Of a DNA stretch of 64,000 nt, positions 8,556 through 17,737 are shown one piece after another. A program made the position numbers and the translations under genes. Position 1 is the first letter of the stretch, and the number at the start of each line of letters is the position of its first letter. The stretch spans positions 543-64,542 of the forward strand of contig JAFQAP010000019.1 in NCBI GenBank assembly GCA_017399965.1. The letters are read 5' to 3'. The notes beneath the pieces were generated by a model. It had not been told where the DNA came from, made no database searches, and was given only the letters and a program-made list of their open reading frames with translations. This DNA is from Clostridia bacterium. GTDB lineage: Bacteria > Bacillota > Clostridia > Oscillospirales > CAG-382.

Positions 8556-8590
8556 AACCCCAACAGATTTTACAAATCTGTTGGGGTTTT
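8556..8590. terminator. bidirectional terminator between prfA and the 8592-9095 gene
   Basis: 15-bp perfect stem AACCCCAACAGATTT-TAC-AAATCTGTTGGGGTT, with T-rich flanks on both strands. Confidence 0.7.
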
Positions 8591-8591
8591 A

Positions 8592-9095
8592 TCATATTCC
8601 GTAACGTATTGCCTTCCACTCGTTCCAAAAGGCAATATAACCGTTTCGATCAAATTCATCTTCGGGTAATTTTTTATCTGCAGCGGCATTATAAAATGCT
8701 TCTACTTGGTCTGCAAATGCAAAGACGGTTGTTTTATATTCATCAAATAATATTTCCGTTCTTTCTCCTGCTTCTGTAACTAAAACAACATTGCCGTTTT
8801 CGTGCAAAACCGACCAATCAACTCCGTTAGGGCAACCGCAAATATCAACTTTTGAAAGTTCTTCATTTGCTATCATAAAAAAGCCACAGCAAGGAAGCAT
8901 TTGATTACTCTCATATATTTTATGATCTTCCTTCAAGGATTTCAGCAAATACAATGCGGTAGAACTGACTGTTGCGTCATCATATTCCAAAACTTCATGT
9001 CCTATAATCGCTTTTGCATTTCCGTGAAGACACAGATCCTCGATGGAATCTACCCCTTCCATCCAATGAAGATTGGATACACTGATAGAAAACAT
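8592..9095 (-). CDS. hypothetical cytoplasmic protein (167 aa), family not recognised
   Basis: Clean ORF with no antisense competitor of known function, and a Cys cluster (PCCG, CGCPNG). It is flanked by repeat blocks on both sides. Confidence 0.55.
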   Translation of the reverse strand: MFSISVSNLHWMEGVDSIEDLCLHGNAKAIIGHEVLEYDDATVSSTALYLLKSLKEDHKIYESNQMLPCCGFFMIANEELSKVDICGCPNGVDWSVLHENGNVVLVTEAGERTEILFDEYKTTVFAFADQVEAFYNAAADKKLPEDEFDRNGYIAFWNEWKAIRYGI

Positions 9096-9229
9096 ATGTA
9101 ACCTCCGTTATCGCCAGTTTCGCCTTTGTATTACAAAGGGATAGGGCATAGCCCATACCCCTACAATACCGAATATATTATATCATAGATTAGCAGAGAA
9201 AGCAAGAGTTATATTCCGATTTCGTCGGA

Positions 9230-9376
9230 GTGATATGATCGCGTGTGCGATCGTGATATGGAAGCCTTACGGCTTCAGTGATATTTTATTCGCCTCCAAA
9301 CTCGCGTAGCAAATACCACTCGGCGATAGCCGAATATCACTGCGAAACAATAGAACTCGCCGCAGGCGAATAAAAC
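9230..9376. repeat. dyad-symmetric heptamer plus mini-hairpin array (block A, motif GTGATAT)
   Basis: GTGATAT at 9230, 9253 and 9278, with inverted ATATCAC at 9334 (variant ATACCAC at 9314). The intervals are hairpins GATCGC-GTGT-GCGATC, GAAGCC-TTAC-GGCTTC, TCGGC-GATA-GCCGA and TCGCC-GCA-GGCGA. Confidence 0.75.
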
Positions 9377-9378
9377 TG

Positions 9379-9405
9379 CCCAACTTCCTTATGAGAAGTT
9401 GGGCA
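9379..9405 (-). terminator. terminator of the DUF975 gene
   Basis: GCCCAACTTC-loop-GAAGTTGGGC hairpin, followed by a T-rich tract on the minus strand. Confidence 0.55.
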
Positions 9406-9439
9406 AAGGCTCTCCGTTTTAACATATAAAGAAAAATTT

Positions 9440-10147
9440 TTAAAAGGGCTTTAATTCTCTGTAAAAGCTTGCCAAAGCGGCGTTTTGATACGGGGTAAGC
9501 CATATAGAACCGACACCGAAGGAAAGCACGGTAAGAAGTATCCAGCCGATAAAGCTGAACTGCAGGCAGAAAAGTCTCCAGCGGTTGCCGTACATCATTT
9601 CTTTGGACATTCGCAGCGCTTCTTTTGCGGAAACGGTAGGATCATCCGCAAGGATATAGGGCACCATTGCGTAATTATATGAAATAATTATTCCCGGAAC
9701 GATAAACAGCATATAGCCGATAAGTTCAAAGGCAAAACGCAGTAAATACGCCACGATAATGGATTTTGCGTTACGGAACTGGGAAAACAGATCTCTGAAC
9801 GCAGGTTCTTCGTAATCTATAAGCTTAAGGTTAAACGAACAGTATCCCGCCTGAATTATGCTTGAAAACATTCCGTATATACTGCCGGCTATAAACGCTA
9901 TTGCGAATACTGCAGCAAAAACCAAAAGTACAGTTACAATAATTTTTACAGCTTCCTCGTTGCTTACGTTGATGTATCCGCTTTCAAACGAAATGGAAAA
10001 AGGAAAACTAAAGCTTGCTCCGCCGATTAACGCGGACGCTACAAGACCCGTTCCTATGGCAAGCCCCCATCTTCCGCTCAACGCTCCGCGGGCTGCTTCT
10101 CTGTGCTCGGATGCTGTCATATGTGTCATATGCTTAACTCCTTTCAA
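9440..10147 (-). CDS. DUF975-family integral membrane protein
   Basis: 235 aa. The N-terminal region ...AREALSGRWGLAIG... and 5-6 hydrophobic spans are typical of DUF975. The true start may be one of the downstream Met codons. Confidence 0.6.
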   Translation of the reverse strand: MKGVKHMTHMTASEHREAARGALSGRWGLAIGTGLVASALIGGASFSFPFSISFESGYINVSNEEAVKIIVTVLLVFAAVFAIAFIAGSIYGMFSSIIQAGYCSFNLKLIDYEEPAFRDLFSQFRNAKSIIVAYLLRFAFELIGYMLFIVPGIIISYNYAMVPYILADDPTVSAKEALRMSKEMMYGNRWRLFCLQFSFIGWILLTVLSFGVGSIWLTPYQNAALASFYRELKPF

Positions 10148-10154
10148 TAAAGGG

Positions 10155-10922
10155 TTATTTTTTCTTTGTTCTGTATATTATTGCCGCGATAAGAGCCGCA
10201 ATGGAAACCGCAACACCGGTTATGTATATCCAGTCGGTACTCGTCTGTGCGGTATCGGGTGCATTGCCCAAGGGTTCGGAAGCTTCGGGGGTCTGGGCAG
10301 ACTGTTCGCCGTCTGTGTTTTCGTTTTTGGATTCTTCGGGCTTTTCGGGCTTGCTTATATCGCCGGAAAACGCCTGTACTTCGTCAACGAATATCCAGTT
10401 TGTATTGTGAGAAAGCCGGAAGGTAATATATCTTGCCTCCGCATAAAGATCGGCTACCGCTTTTACTACCTCGCCGTCTGCAGGCTGTTCTACCTCGTAT
10501 TCCGCCGAAACAGGCTCGGACCAGTTTTCGCCGTCAACAGAATAGACCACGGTGACCATACCGGGAAGGGATATACCTGCGGAATTAAGGTTACTGCAGG
10601 ATACTGCCGCATTAACGATAGGATATACCTCGCCCAGATCGAGTGCGATTTCGGAAACACCGTTGTTTGCCGAAGTTCCTTCGGAGGTAATGTTAAGACC
10701 GACAAACTCGATATCGGAATAGCTTGCGGACTGAGCAAATACGTTGTTGGTAAGGGAATCGCCGGTCTCATCGGGATAATGGGTTTTTCCTTCACCGTCG
10801 GTCAAAATACCCAACACCTCGTAAGAAGCGCCGATAGCTACGTTTTCCGTTTCCGCACAGGCATACACCGTAAAGAGAGAAACGAGCAAAAGGGTTAAAA
10901 CAAGAGTTAAAAGCTTTTTCAT
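10155..10922 (-). CDS. secreted protein with discoidin (F5/8 type C)-like domain and C-terminal membrane anchor
   Basis: Signal peptide, then ...YITFRLSHNTNWIFVDEVQAF (discoidin-like C-terminal strand), an acidic linker, and the TM helix WIYITGVAVSIAALIAAIIY followed by RTKKK. Confidence 0.5.
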   Translation of the reverse strand: MKKLLTLVLTLLLVSLFTVYACAETENVAIGASYEVLGILTDGEGKTHYPDETGDSLTNNVFAQSASYSDIEFVGLNITSEGTSANNGVSEIALDLGEVYPIVNAAVSCSNLNSAGISLPGMVTVVYSVDGENWSEPVSAEYEVEQPADGEVVKAVADLYAEARYITFRLSHNTNWIFVDEVQAFSGDISKPEKPEESKNENTDGEQSAQTPEASEPLGNAPDTAQTSTDWIYITGVAVSIAALIAAIIYRTKKK

Positions 10923-10937
10923 AACAATTCTCCTTTT

Positions 10938-13931
10938 TTATTCTGTTGCATCTTGTGTATAAATATTAAATATTCCGAGAAAATGTCGTCTTACCATAAG
11001 GTAATCCGTTGCGGTGACCGAAGGCATACCGGAAACGCGGGCGGCTTCAAACTGAACGTCGGTATATTCCATAGTCATCATAACTATACGCCGCGTTATA
11101 AGGTAATCGGTGGCGGAAATAGTACCGCTTCCGTCACAATCGCCCAAAACGATAACGGTTGCCGTTTGAATAACATTTCCGTCCCTGTCCTTAAGGGACA
11201 CGGTGGTTCCGGTTCCCGCGTAGTTTTCGCTTGAAGGAGTAACGGTCAAATACTGCGCCTCGTTTTCAAACATACCCAAAATTTCTTCGGGGGAAGTCAT
11301 TTCCTTTACGCCGAGTATATATCCTTCGGAAACAGATATGCCTTCCTTGGGTAATAGGTTTTGAGGCAGGGGAGGTTCGGGCTTGGGCAGTACGTTGAGC
11401 ACGAATACCGCCGTCTTTCCTCCCGCATATACCGTTATGACCGTGTTGCCTTCCGCAAGGGCGGTGATAACGCCGTTTTCGTCCACAGAAGCAATGCTGT
11501 TATTGGAAACGGTAAAGGTAACCTCAACGTCTTCGGGGTCTACTGTCCATACAAGAGTAAAGGATTCTCCTTCGGTTATGGTGGTGTGGTCGGTCTCAAG
11601 CGCCAGAGAAGATGCGTATTTTCCCAGCACCTTCACCCACTCTGCAGAAACGTATCCGCTTGCTTCGGTTCCGTTTGTCAGTACTCCGGATACCGCGTAC
11701 CAGCCGTTTTGTTCGTCACCGTAAACGGTTATTTCCGTGCCGTTGGCAAGCTTGCCAACCGAGGTGAAATCGGTGCCGGGACCTTCTCTCATATTAAGAG
11801 CACCGCCGTTTGTGGCGATCTGTCCTATATATTTAGTGCCCGTAAAACCGCTTTCCGTAACGGTGATATTAAGACTTGCGGTAAGATCTCCCGCCTTTGC
11901 GGTAATAACCGCCGTTCCTTCGGCAATAGCCGCAATAACGCCGTTTTCGCTTACGGTCGCTATAGCCGTATCCGAGCTTTCAAAGGTTACCGTACTTTCG
12001 GAAGGGCTTACCGTCCAGGAAAGATTAAGGGTATCTCCCACGGTAAGAATGGAATCCGACGTGTTGAACACGAGATTTTCTACCTGCTCTTTGTTGATCT
12101 TTACGTAATCTCCGTATACGTACCCTTCAAGTCCTTCACAGCGTCCGGAGGTTACCAAAACGCTGTACCAGTTGTTGGGGGTCGGGTCGCCGTAGATTAC
12201 CAGCGTATCGTCCTGCATCAAAAATCCGTGGGAAAGATAAGATGTATCGGGACCTTGCCGCAGATTTACCAGATTTCCCATTACGGATCCGTCGTATTTT
12301 ATGCCCGTATATACCAGCTTTATTACCGTTACCTTACATTCGGCGGTAAATTCGCCCACCGTAGCGGTTACGGTACATTCGCCCTCACCCATAGCGGTTA
12401 TCTTGCCTCGTATGACTTTTGCCACAAGGTCGTTGGAAGATGACCATTTTACATCAGGCTCGGTTGCGTCCTCGGGAGTTACGGTTGCGGTAAGAGTGTG
12501 GGTATCGTTTATATTAAGGGATAATTCGGTTTGGTCAAGGGTAATACCTTCAACGGGAACGTACACGCCGGGAGTAACCGTTACCTTTACGGAAGTATAC
12601 ACACCGTCTGTGGAAACTGCGTATACGGTGCACTCGCCTTCGCCTACGCCGGTTATCTTTCCTGCGTTTACCTTTGCTACTGCGGGATTATCGGATATCC
12701 ATCTTACGGTGGTGGAGGAGGGAGCTTTTTCCTCTTCCGTAAGGGGTGTGGCTGTTACCTTAACGGAGGTGTACTGTGCAAGGCTCACCTCGGGCATATC
12801 TACGGTAACAGAAACCGCATCCTTAAGGTGGGTGTAATTAATGCTCTGACCAAAGCTTATTCCGCCGGAAAGAACGTAGCCTGTTTTTACCACAACTTCG
12901 GTTCCGGTAAGCACCTTCGCTCTTACCTTCATCCAGCTCGTTCCGTCTTCGGTCTGGAATTTTTCACCGATACCAATAACGCAATGACGGGAAGGCAGAG
13001 TTCCGTATTTTTCGCTGTCCTTGCTTGCTTCGGCATATATGGGAATATCGCCGGAGCAAACGTATTCTGCGTAAGCCGCCTCGGGGTCGTAGGTGGCAAT
13101 ATAACAGCAGGCGTGCCAGCCGGTGGAGCTGGTTACGGTTATCATACATTCACCGTCCGAAACGGGGGTTATAAGTCCCGTTTCGTCAATTGTTGCCACT
13201 TCGGGGTTATTTGAAGAATATGTAAGGGTATCTTCCGCACCGAAAGGCTGTATAACCGTTACGGGTAATTGCCATTGCTCGTTCAACGGAAGATACTTTC
13301 GGGTCTTTGTAACTATTACCACCTGATCTTCGGGGTAATTCATTGCGTCATATTGGGTAAGATTATATAATTCAATACAGTTTATTATCTTTTTGGTATA
13401 CTCCATATCCGAAGCGTAGCCGTCCTCAATAATATTCCAGGCGGCGGCAACGTAATCGTATTCATAGGGTATATCGTCGTATCGGGAAGAACCGGTAAGC
13501 AAAGCACTGTGGTCTGCAAGGGATTCATACCAGGTTGAATAAGCTCTCCACACACGCTGTATGTTGGAGGACACGTATTCGCTGGTGTTTGATGTAACGT
13601 AAGCGGCGTAGGAAGGATATACTATACCCTTGTTGCTGTCGTAAACCATTCCCGTCCAGGACGAATACGCCTTAATACCGAACAGGTTTTTAGCCAGCTT
13701 TGCCATGGTGGATGTTCCCCAGCCCGCTTCCAGAATGGATTGGGCAACGGTGAGGGATGCAAGCACCCCGCTGGTAAGCATATCCTCGGTGGCGGCGGCG
13801 CCGATAGTTTCCATATATTCTTCCTGAGACGCAGTAAGCGCTTGGGATCTTATATTAAAGCCTTCTATACTTGCGGCGGTAAGGGCAAGGCAAAGGAGAA
13901 AGCATATAAATTGTTTAAAACGTCTTGTCAT
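10938..13931 (-). CDS. secreted peptidoglycan hydrolase: N-acetylglucosaminidase domain, Big_2 Ig-like repeats, SH3b domains, C-terminal dockerin
   Basis: ATG at 13931 with GGAGG 8 nt upstream, plus a signal peptide. Glucosaminidase motif (SILEAGWGTS...NLFGIKA). There are several Big_2-like repeats (...VTATPLT.., ...TLTATVTPEDA...). Two SH3b-like segments are present (NLRQGPDTSY..., NMREGPGTDF...). The dockerin reads GDCDGSGTISATDYL...SVTATDYLMVRRHFLG. Confidence 0.8.
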   Translation of the reverse strand: MTRRFKQFICFLLCLALTAASIEGFNIRSQALTASQEEYMETIGAAATEDMLTSGVLASLTVAQSILEAGWGTSTMAKLAKNLFGIKAYSSWTGMVYDSNKGIVYPSYAAYVTSNTSEYVSSNIQRVWRAYSTWYESLADHSALLTGSSRYDDIPYEYDYVAAAWNIIEDGYASDMEYTKKIINCIELYNLTQYDAMNYPEDQVVIVTKTRKYLPLNEQWQLPVTVIQPFGAEDTLTYSSNNPEVATIDETGLITPVSDGECMITVTSSTGWHACCYIATYDPEAAYAEYVCSGDIPIYAEASKDSEKYGTLPSRHCVIGIGEKFQTEDGTSWMKVRAKVLTGTEVVVKTGYVLSGGISFGQSINYTHLKDAVSVTVDMPEVSLAQYTSVKVTATPLTEEEKAPSSTTVRWISDNPAVAKVNAGKITGVGEGECTVYAVSTDGVYTSVKVTVTPGVYVPVEGITLDQTELSLNINDTHTLTATVTPEDATEPDVKWSSSNDLVAKVIRGKITAMGEGECTVTATVGEFTAECKVTVIKLVYTGIKYDGSVMGNLVNLRQGPDTSYLSHGFLMQDDTLVIYGDPTPNNWYSVLVTSGRCEGLEGYVYGDYVKINKEQVENLVFNTSDSILTVGDTLNLSWTVSPSESTVTFESSDTAIATVSENGVIAAIAEGTAVITAKAGDLTASLNITVTESGFTGTKYIGQIATNGGALNMREGPGTDFTSVGKLANGTEITVYGDEQNGWYAVSGVLTNGTEASGYVSAEWVKVLGKYASSLALETDHTTITEGESFTLVWTVDPEDVEVTFTVSNNSIASVDENGVITALAEGNTVITVYAGGKTAVFVLNVLPKPEPPLPQNLLPKEGISVSEGYILGVKEMTSPEEILGMFENEAQYLTVTPSSENYAGTGTTVSLKDRDGNVIQTATVIVLGDCDGSGTISATDYLITRRIVMMTMEYTDVQFEAARVSGMPSVTATDYLMVRRHFLGIFNIYTQDATE

Positions 13932-14060
13932 TTTAAAACCTCCGAAAGTTTTGGACAGTATCACAAATACATTATATACATTTACATAATGTTTGTCAAT
14001 ACAGAGTACGACAAAAAGCCGAAGAGGGGGTATCCTCTTCGGCAGGTAATATATGGCAGT

Positions 14061-14675
14061 TTACTGCTTTCCTATTATTTTTACGTTTTCCGGCTGTGCT
14101 TCCGTCTGCTGGCAGACTATTTCAAGTATCATTGCGGTTTCTGCCGCGTTAAGCCCGCCGCTTTCAACTATAACCGTGCAGTTTTCGCCGGAAACTATGG
14201 CAACGCATTCGTTAAATCCCTTTGCCTTTACAAGAGTTTCTATGTTTGCTTCCGCATTCATATCCTCTACGATACGGGCAATGGCGTTTAAAGCGTCTTC
14301 CTTTGTATCGGGTAAAGCATCGGGGTTGTTTGCAAGCTGGTTAAGCACTTCCATAGATTCATCTCTGGTCTGCTCTCGGTTGAGAATGGCGGATGCAAAG
14401 AAATCGTCTTCCTTTTGGGTTGCGTCTGCGTTTTCATCCTTGTTTTCATCTTTATTGCCGTCTGCCAGAGTTCCGTCTGCCAAGATCGCATTTCCAAGGG
14501 TCTTGTTGCTTTCGTTACCTACCGTGTCTGCATCGCCGGGATTGGAAATAATGGTCGATACCACCACAGCCGCCGCAACCAATGCCAGACATCCCGCTAT
14601 AACAAAATTCTTTGTGTTAAGCAGTTTTTTCCATTCGTATTCTTTCATCTTTTTCCACAGGGTAAATTCTTTCAT
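14061..14675 (-). CDS. spoIIIAH: stage III sporulation protein AH
   Basis: Last gene of the spoIIIA cluster. It has an N-terminal TM helix, and FFASAILNREQTRDESMEVL is the conserved SpoIIIAH/YscJ-like motif. Confidence 0.8.
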   Translation of the reverse strand: MKEFTLWKKMKEYEWKKLLNTKNFVIAGCLALVAAAVVVSTIISNPGDADTVGNESNKTLGNAILADGTLADGNKDENKDENADATQKEDDFFASAILNREQTRDESMEVLNQLANNPDALPDTKEDALNAIARIVEDMNAEANIETLVKAKGFNECVAIVSGENCTVIVESGGLNAAETAMILEIVCQQTEAQPENVKIIGKQ

Positions 14676-14708
14676 TGTTGCCTCCGTAATATATGTATTA
14701 AATTTTGT

Positions 14709-15140
14709 TTAGCTTTGCACAGATATCCTGTTGGAAGAAATTCCGTATGCCGCCTGCAAAAGTCTTATAATTTTGTATTCGGTCTCTGCGGAAATATTCT
14801 TTGCCACCACGGCAATACCGCAAACCGCGGGAGGCGTTTCCGAAATGATAATGGGGCATCCGTTTCCTTCCAGAATATACTTTTTGTCTGCTTTGCTGGA
14901 AAGCAGAGTGCCCGAATTATCGTAAGTGCGGTCAAGGGTCTGGTCGGATGCGTACAGATATTCATAACCGCTTTCCAGAGTTATCATCACCCTGCAATCG
15001 GAAACCCCTTCAAGCTCTTTTATAAGCTTTCTCGTTTGCTCTTCAAGCTGTGATCGGTATTCCTGAATATCCGGAAATTCCGCCGTTTCCGCCGTTCCCT
15101 TTTCTTCGGGCCAAAGCATAAGCAAGGCTCCCGCCAGCAA
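14709..15140 (-). CDS. spoIIIAG: stage III sporulation protein AG (start codon uncertain, probably further upstream)
   Basis: The position in the operon and the C-terminal ...VCGIAVVAKNISAETEYKIIRLLQAAYGISSNRISV match SpoIIIAG. The frame stays open upstream to 15209 and encodes the rest of the TM helix. Confidence 0.7.
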   Translation of the reverse strand: MLAGALLMLWPEEKGTAETAEFPDIQEYRSQLEEQTRKLIKELEGVSDCRVMITLESGYEYLYASDQTLDRTYDNSGTLLSSKADKKYILEGNGCPIIISETPPAVCGIAVVAKNISAETEYKIIRLLQAAYGISSNRISVQS

Positions 15141-15198
15141 AGCGAGAAATAACAGCCATACTCCTTTAATTTTAAAAAGTCTTGTTAAAACGCTTTCT

Positions 15199-15630
15199 TT
15201 ATCCGTCTTTTATCACCTCGGCATATTCCCCAAGAAGCTGTTTTGCTTTAATAAAGTCTTTTTCCTCCACGGAAACAACAATATTACCTATTACCGTTTC
15301 CGTATCGGTTACCGCTAATTCTATATTTACGCTGATACAAGTTATTCCTTCCTCCAAAAGATATGAGCATATATACTCTTTTATACCTTGTTTTGTTTTT
15401 TCTTCCATATATTTGTTTCCGTCCGGCAGGGAAACGGTTTGGGATATCTCCTGAGGGCTTTGAACTTTAAAGCCTTTTATCAGTTGCTGTACGGGGATAA
15501 CCGTAACGTATACGCATATGATCCCGCAAAGCAGCTTAATGTGCTTTTCTCCCGCACCGCCTGCCGCCAGCAGATTTATTATCCCTCCCGCAAGGGAAAC
15601 GGTGAATATAATAAATACCCATTCTTTCAT
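15199..15630 (-). CDS. spoIIIAF: stage III sporulation protein AF
   Basis: ATG at 15630 overlaps the spoIIIAE stop (ATGA). It has two N-terminal TM helices and the expected operon position. Confidence 0.75.
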   Translation of the reverse strand: MKEWVFIIFTVSLAGGIINLLAAGGAGEKHIKLLCGIICVYVTVIPVQQLIKGFKVQSPQEISQTVSLPDGNKYMEEKTKQGIKEYICSYLLEEGITCISVNIELAVTDTETVIGNIVVSVEEKDFIKAKQLLGEYAEVIKDG

Positions 15631-16682
15631 ACCTTTGCTCCCGCGCATACGAATACGGTTATTGCAAGCAAGCCCACAAGAGAAGATCCCAGCATCACTG
15701 CCAGCAAAACGCCGAAAATTCCGTTAATATCATATAAAAGATGAGCTTCTTTTTCGCATCCCAGCATTTTCGCGCTTGAAGCGCAAAACAGTATTCCCAG
15801 CTTATACATTACCACTACTCCCACAGGAGGCACGACTATTGTCAGCAATCCGGTGATTCCTCCCAAACCGATTATCGATTTTGCCTTTGCCACAGCGGAA
15901 AGCACGGTACGTGACGCTTCGCCCACCATATTTCCGATAACGGGTATAAATACCCCCGAAGCAAACCGCACCGTTCTGGAAGCGTATGAATCTCCCGCTG
16001 CGGATATTACTGTCTGTACCGAAACCGCAAAGCCCAGTATGGAAAATACAAAGGCTGTAAGAGATGCGGAAAGGTTTTTAATTCCGTTTGCAATAGGCTG
16101 TACCGAGCCGCAGCCGGGTATGGCGGCGGTGAGGGAAAGGATAAGGCAAATATTTACCAGAGGTGTAAGCACCGTGTTGCAGATAACGGTTATTACTGTG
16201 CAAAACAGATCAATAGAGGTGGCGTTTGCCGCCGCAGCCCCGGTGCTTCCGCCGTAAACGTACATGGCAGTCATTACGGGAAGCAGGCTTAATAAATACT
16301 GGGAAAATCTTAAGGTCGCCTGCTTTACAAAAACCGTTACTGCGTTTACCGCAGAAAAAGCGGCGGCAGACAACGCCAGAATGCTTACGTATTCTCCCAC
16401 GTTGCCCAAAGACGGAAAGGAATTTTTAAAGCTGTTCATAACTCCCGCACATACGCAAACAGCAAGAATACCTGCGCAGTGGGCAATAACTCCCTTTCCG
16501 TTTTGGGAAAATGCGGAAAATATTAAAGATAAAGCGTGGTGTACAAGATTTGCGGGAGGTGATTCGGCGGTTTCTCCTCCCGCGTCGGATATTACCGTTT
16601 CCGCATCCACTGCGGCAACGCACCGCAAGGGAAAGGCGAAAATAAATAAAAGTGCCACAGTAACAAATAATATTTTTTTCAT
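15627..16682 (-). CDS. spoIIIAE: stage III sporulation protein AE
   Basis: ATG at 16682 (MKKILFVTVALL..., signal-like) overlaps the spoIIIAD stop. It is a polytopic membrane protein of the expected size and position. Confidence 0.85.
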   Translation of the reverse strand: MKKILFVTVALLFIFAFPLRCVAAVDAETVISDAGGETAESPPANLVHHALSLIFSAFSQNGKGVIAHCAGILAVCVCAGVMNSFKNSFPSLGNVGEYVSILALSAAAFSAVNAVTVFVKQATLRFSQYLLSLLPVMTAMYVYGGSTGAAAANATSIDLFCTVITVICNTVLTPLVNICLILSLTAAIPGCGSVQPIANGIKNLSASLTAFVFSILGFAVSVQTVISAAGDSYASRTVRFASGVFIPVIGNMVGEASRTVLSAVAKAKSIIGLGGITGLLTIVVPPVGVVVMYKLGILFCASSAKMLGCEKEAHLLYDINGIFGVLLAVMLGSSLVGLLAITVFVCAGAKV

Positions 16683-17056
16683 CCCGCCAGCTCTCCGGCA
16701 ATAATTATAATGTCCTTTATAAGAGGCAAAGCAAGTAAAAGAATATTTATCTTTGCCATAAGCTCTACTCTGGATGCGAACACGGTTTCGCCGCAATCCT
16801 TGCAGATCTCTGCGGTTATCTGGGAAAACAAAGCAATTCCCAAGGCTTTTATCATTACGGATATTCCTCCTGCTGCCAGAGAATCCATTTTTTTAATAAA
16901 CTCTATAATCGGGGACACGCTTTTCAAAACGTAACCGAAGAATACAAGTCCTGCAGCGGCGGCGCAGAAAGGGGCAAGGGATGGGCGTAATTCCCGTATA
17001 ACCGCCGTGGCAAGCAGAGAAATAAGCGCCAGACCGCATAAAGCAAAAATATTCAC
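16679..17056 (-). CDS. spoIIIAD: stage III sporulation protein AD
   Basis: 125 aa, with a GTG start overlapping the spoIIIAC stop (GTGA). MNIFALCGLALISLLATAVIRELRP is typical of SpoIIIAD. Confidence 0.85.
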   Translation of the reverse strand: MNIFALCGLALISLLATAVIRELRPSLAPFCAAAAGLVFFGYVLKSVSPIIEFIKKMDSLAAGGISVMIKALGIALFSQITAEICKDCGETVFASRVELMAKINILLLALPLIKDIIIIAGELAG

Positions 17057-17253
17057 AGCCCGAAGATTCCTTTTACGGAAGAAAACAACTGGCTTATTTC
17101 GCTTATCAGCATTATCATTACCGTAATCACTCCTGCGATGCTAACGAAAGTGGCTTGCTCGTCCTTTCCGCTTTTTTGCAATATCTGGCAAGCCACACTT
17201 GCCAAAAGTCCCACTCCGGCTATTTTTATTATCAGAGTAACGCTCATAGCCAA
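17053..17253 (-). CDS. spoIIIAC: stage III sporulation protein AC
   Basis: 66 aa with two TM helices. ...IKIAGVGLLASVACQILQKSGKDEQA... is typical of SpoIIIAC. Confidence 0.85.
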   Translation of the reverse strand: MAMSVTLIIKIAGVGLLASVACQILQKSGKDEQATFVSIAGVITVMIMLISEISQLFSSVKGIFGL

Positions 17254-17266
17254 AAAATCCTCTCTG

Positions 17267-17737
17267 TCAGAACATCAGTATTACCGCCACCGCTCCCGCC
17301 AGGGAAAACAGTGCTTGTATACTTTTGCTTTTTTGTTGTTCGGTCTGTTTGAACTCACGGTATACCGTTTCCAGTATTCCTATGGTGCTTTCAAGCTTTT
17401 TGCATTGGTTTTCGCTGTCTGTTTTCCCCAAAGCTAATGCAAGCTCCCGCAAAGGCAGGTATGCTTCCTCGGGCAGAACAAGTTGTTCAACAGCAGCGGC
17501 AAGCCCCTTTGTTTTCAGCGATTTTTCAAAATCAGCCATATATTTTTTGTCAAACTCAAAGGAATCGTATATATCGGGAAGCGGGGTAAGGGATATGGAA
17601 ATACAGTCTTTAATATGGCGGGTAAGCTTTAATATTTCGTAAAGCTGTTTTACCGCCGTTCTGTCCCGTTCCGTAGCCTTTCTGCCCAACAGAAAAAAGC
17701 ATACGCATATCAAGGCGGCGCCTGCGATTGCTTTCAT
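17267..17737 (-). CDS. spoIIIAB: stage III sporulation protein AB
   Basis: ATG at 17737 (MKAIAGAALICV...) overlaps the spoIIIAA stop (ATGA). Size and position match SpoIIIAB. Confidence 0.8.
   Translation of the reverse strand: MKAIAGAALICVCFFLLGRKATERDRTAVKQLYEILKLTRHIKDCISISLTPLPDIYDSFEFDKKYMADFEKSLKTKGLAAAVEQLVLPEEAYLPLRELALALGKTDSENQCKKLESTIGILETVYREFKQTEQQKSKSIQALFSLAGAVAVILMF

Noticed and set aside
9858-10898. 346-aa ORF on the plus strand
   Set aside because: It is antisense to the DUF975 and discoidin-anchor genes and crosses their intergenic gap. It has no RBS or plausible domain.
11361-13214. Several 110-360-aa plus-strand ORFs inside 10938-13931
   Set aside because: All are antisense to the glucosaminidase/Big_2/SH3b/dockerin gene, which has clear domain motifs throughout.
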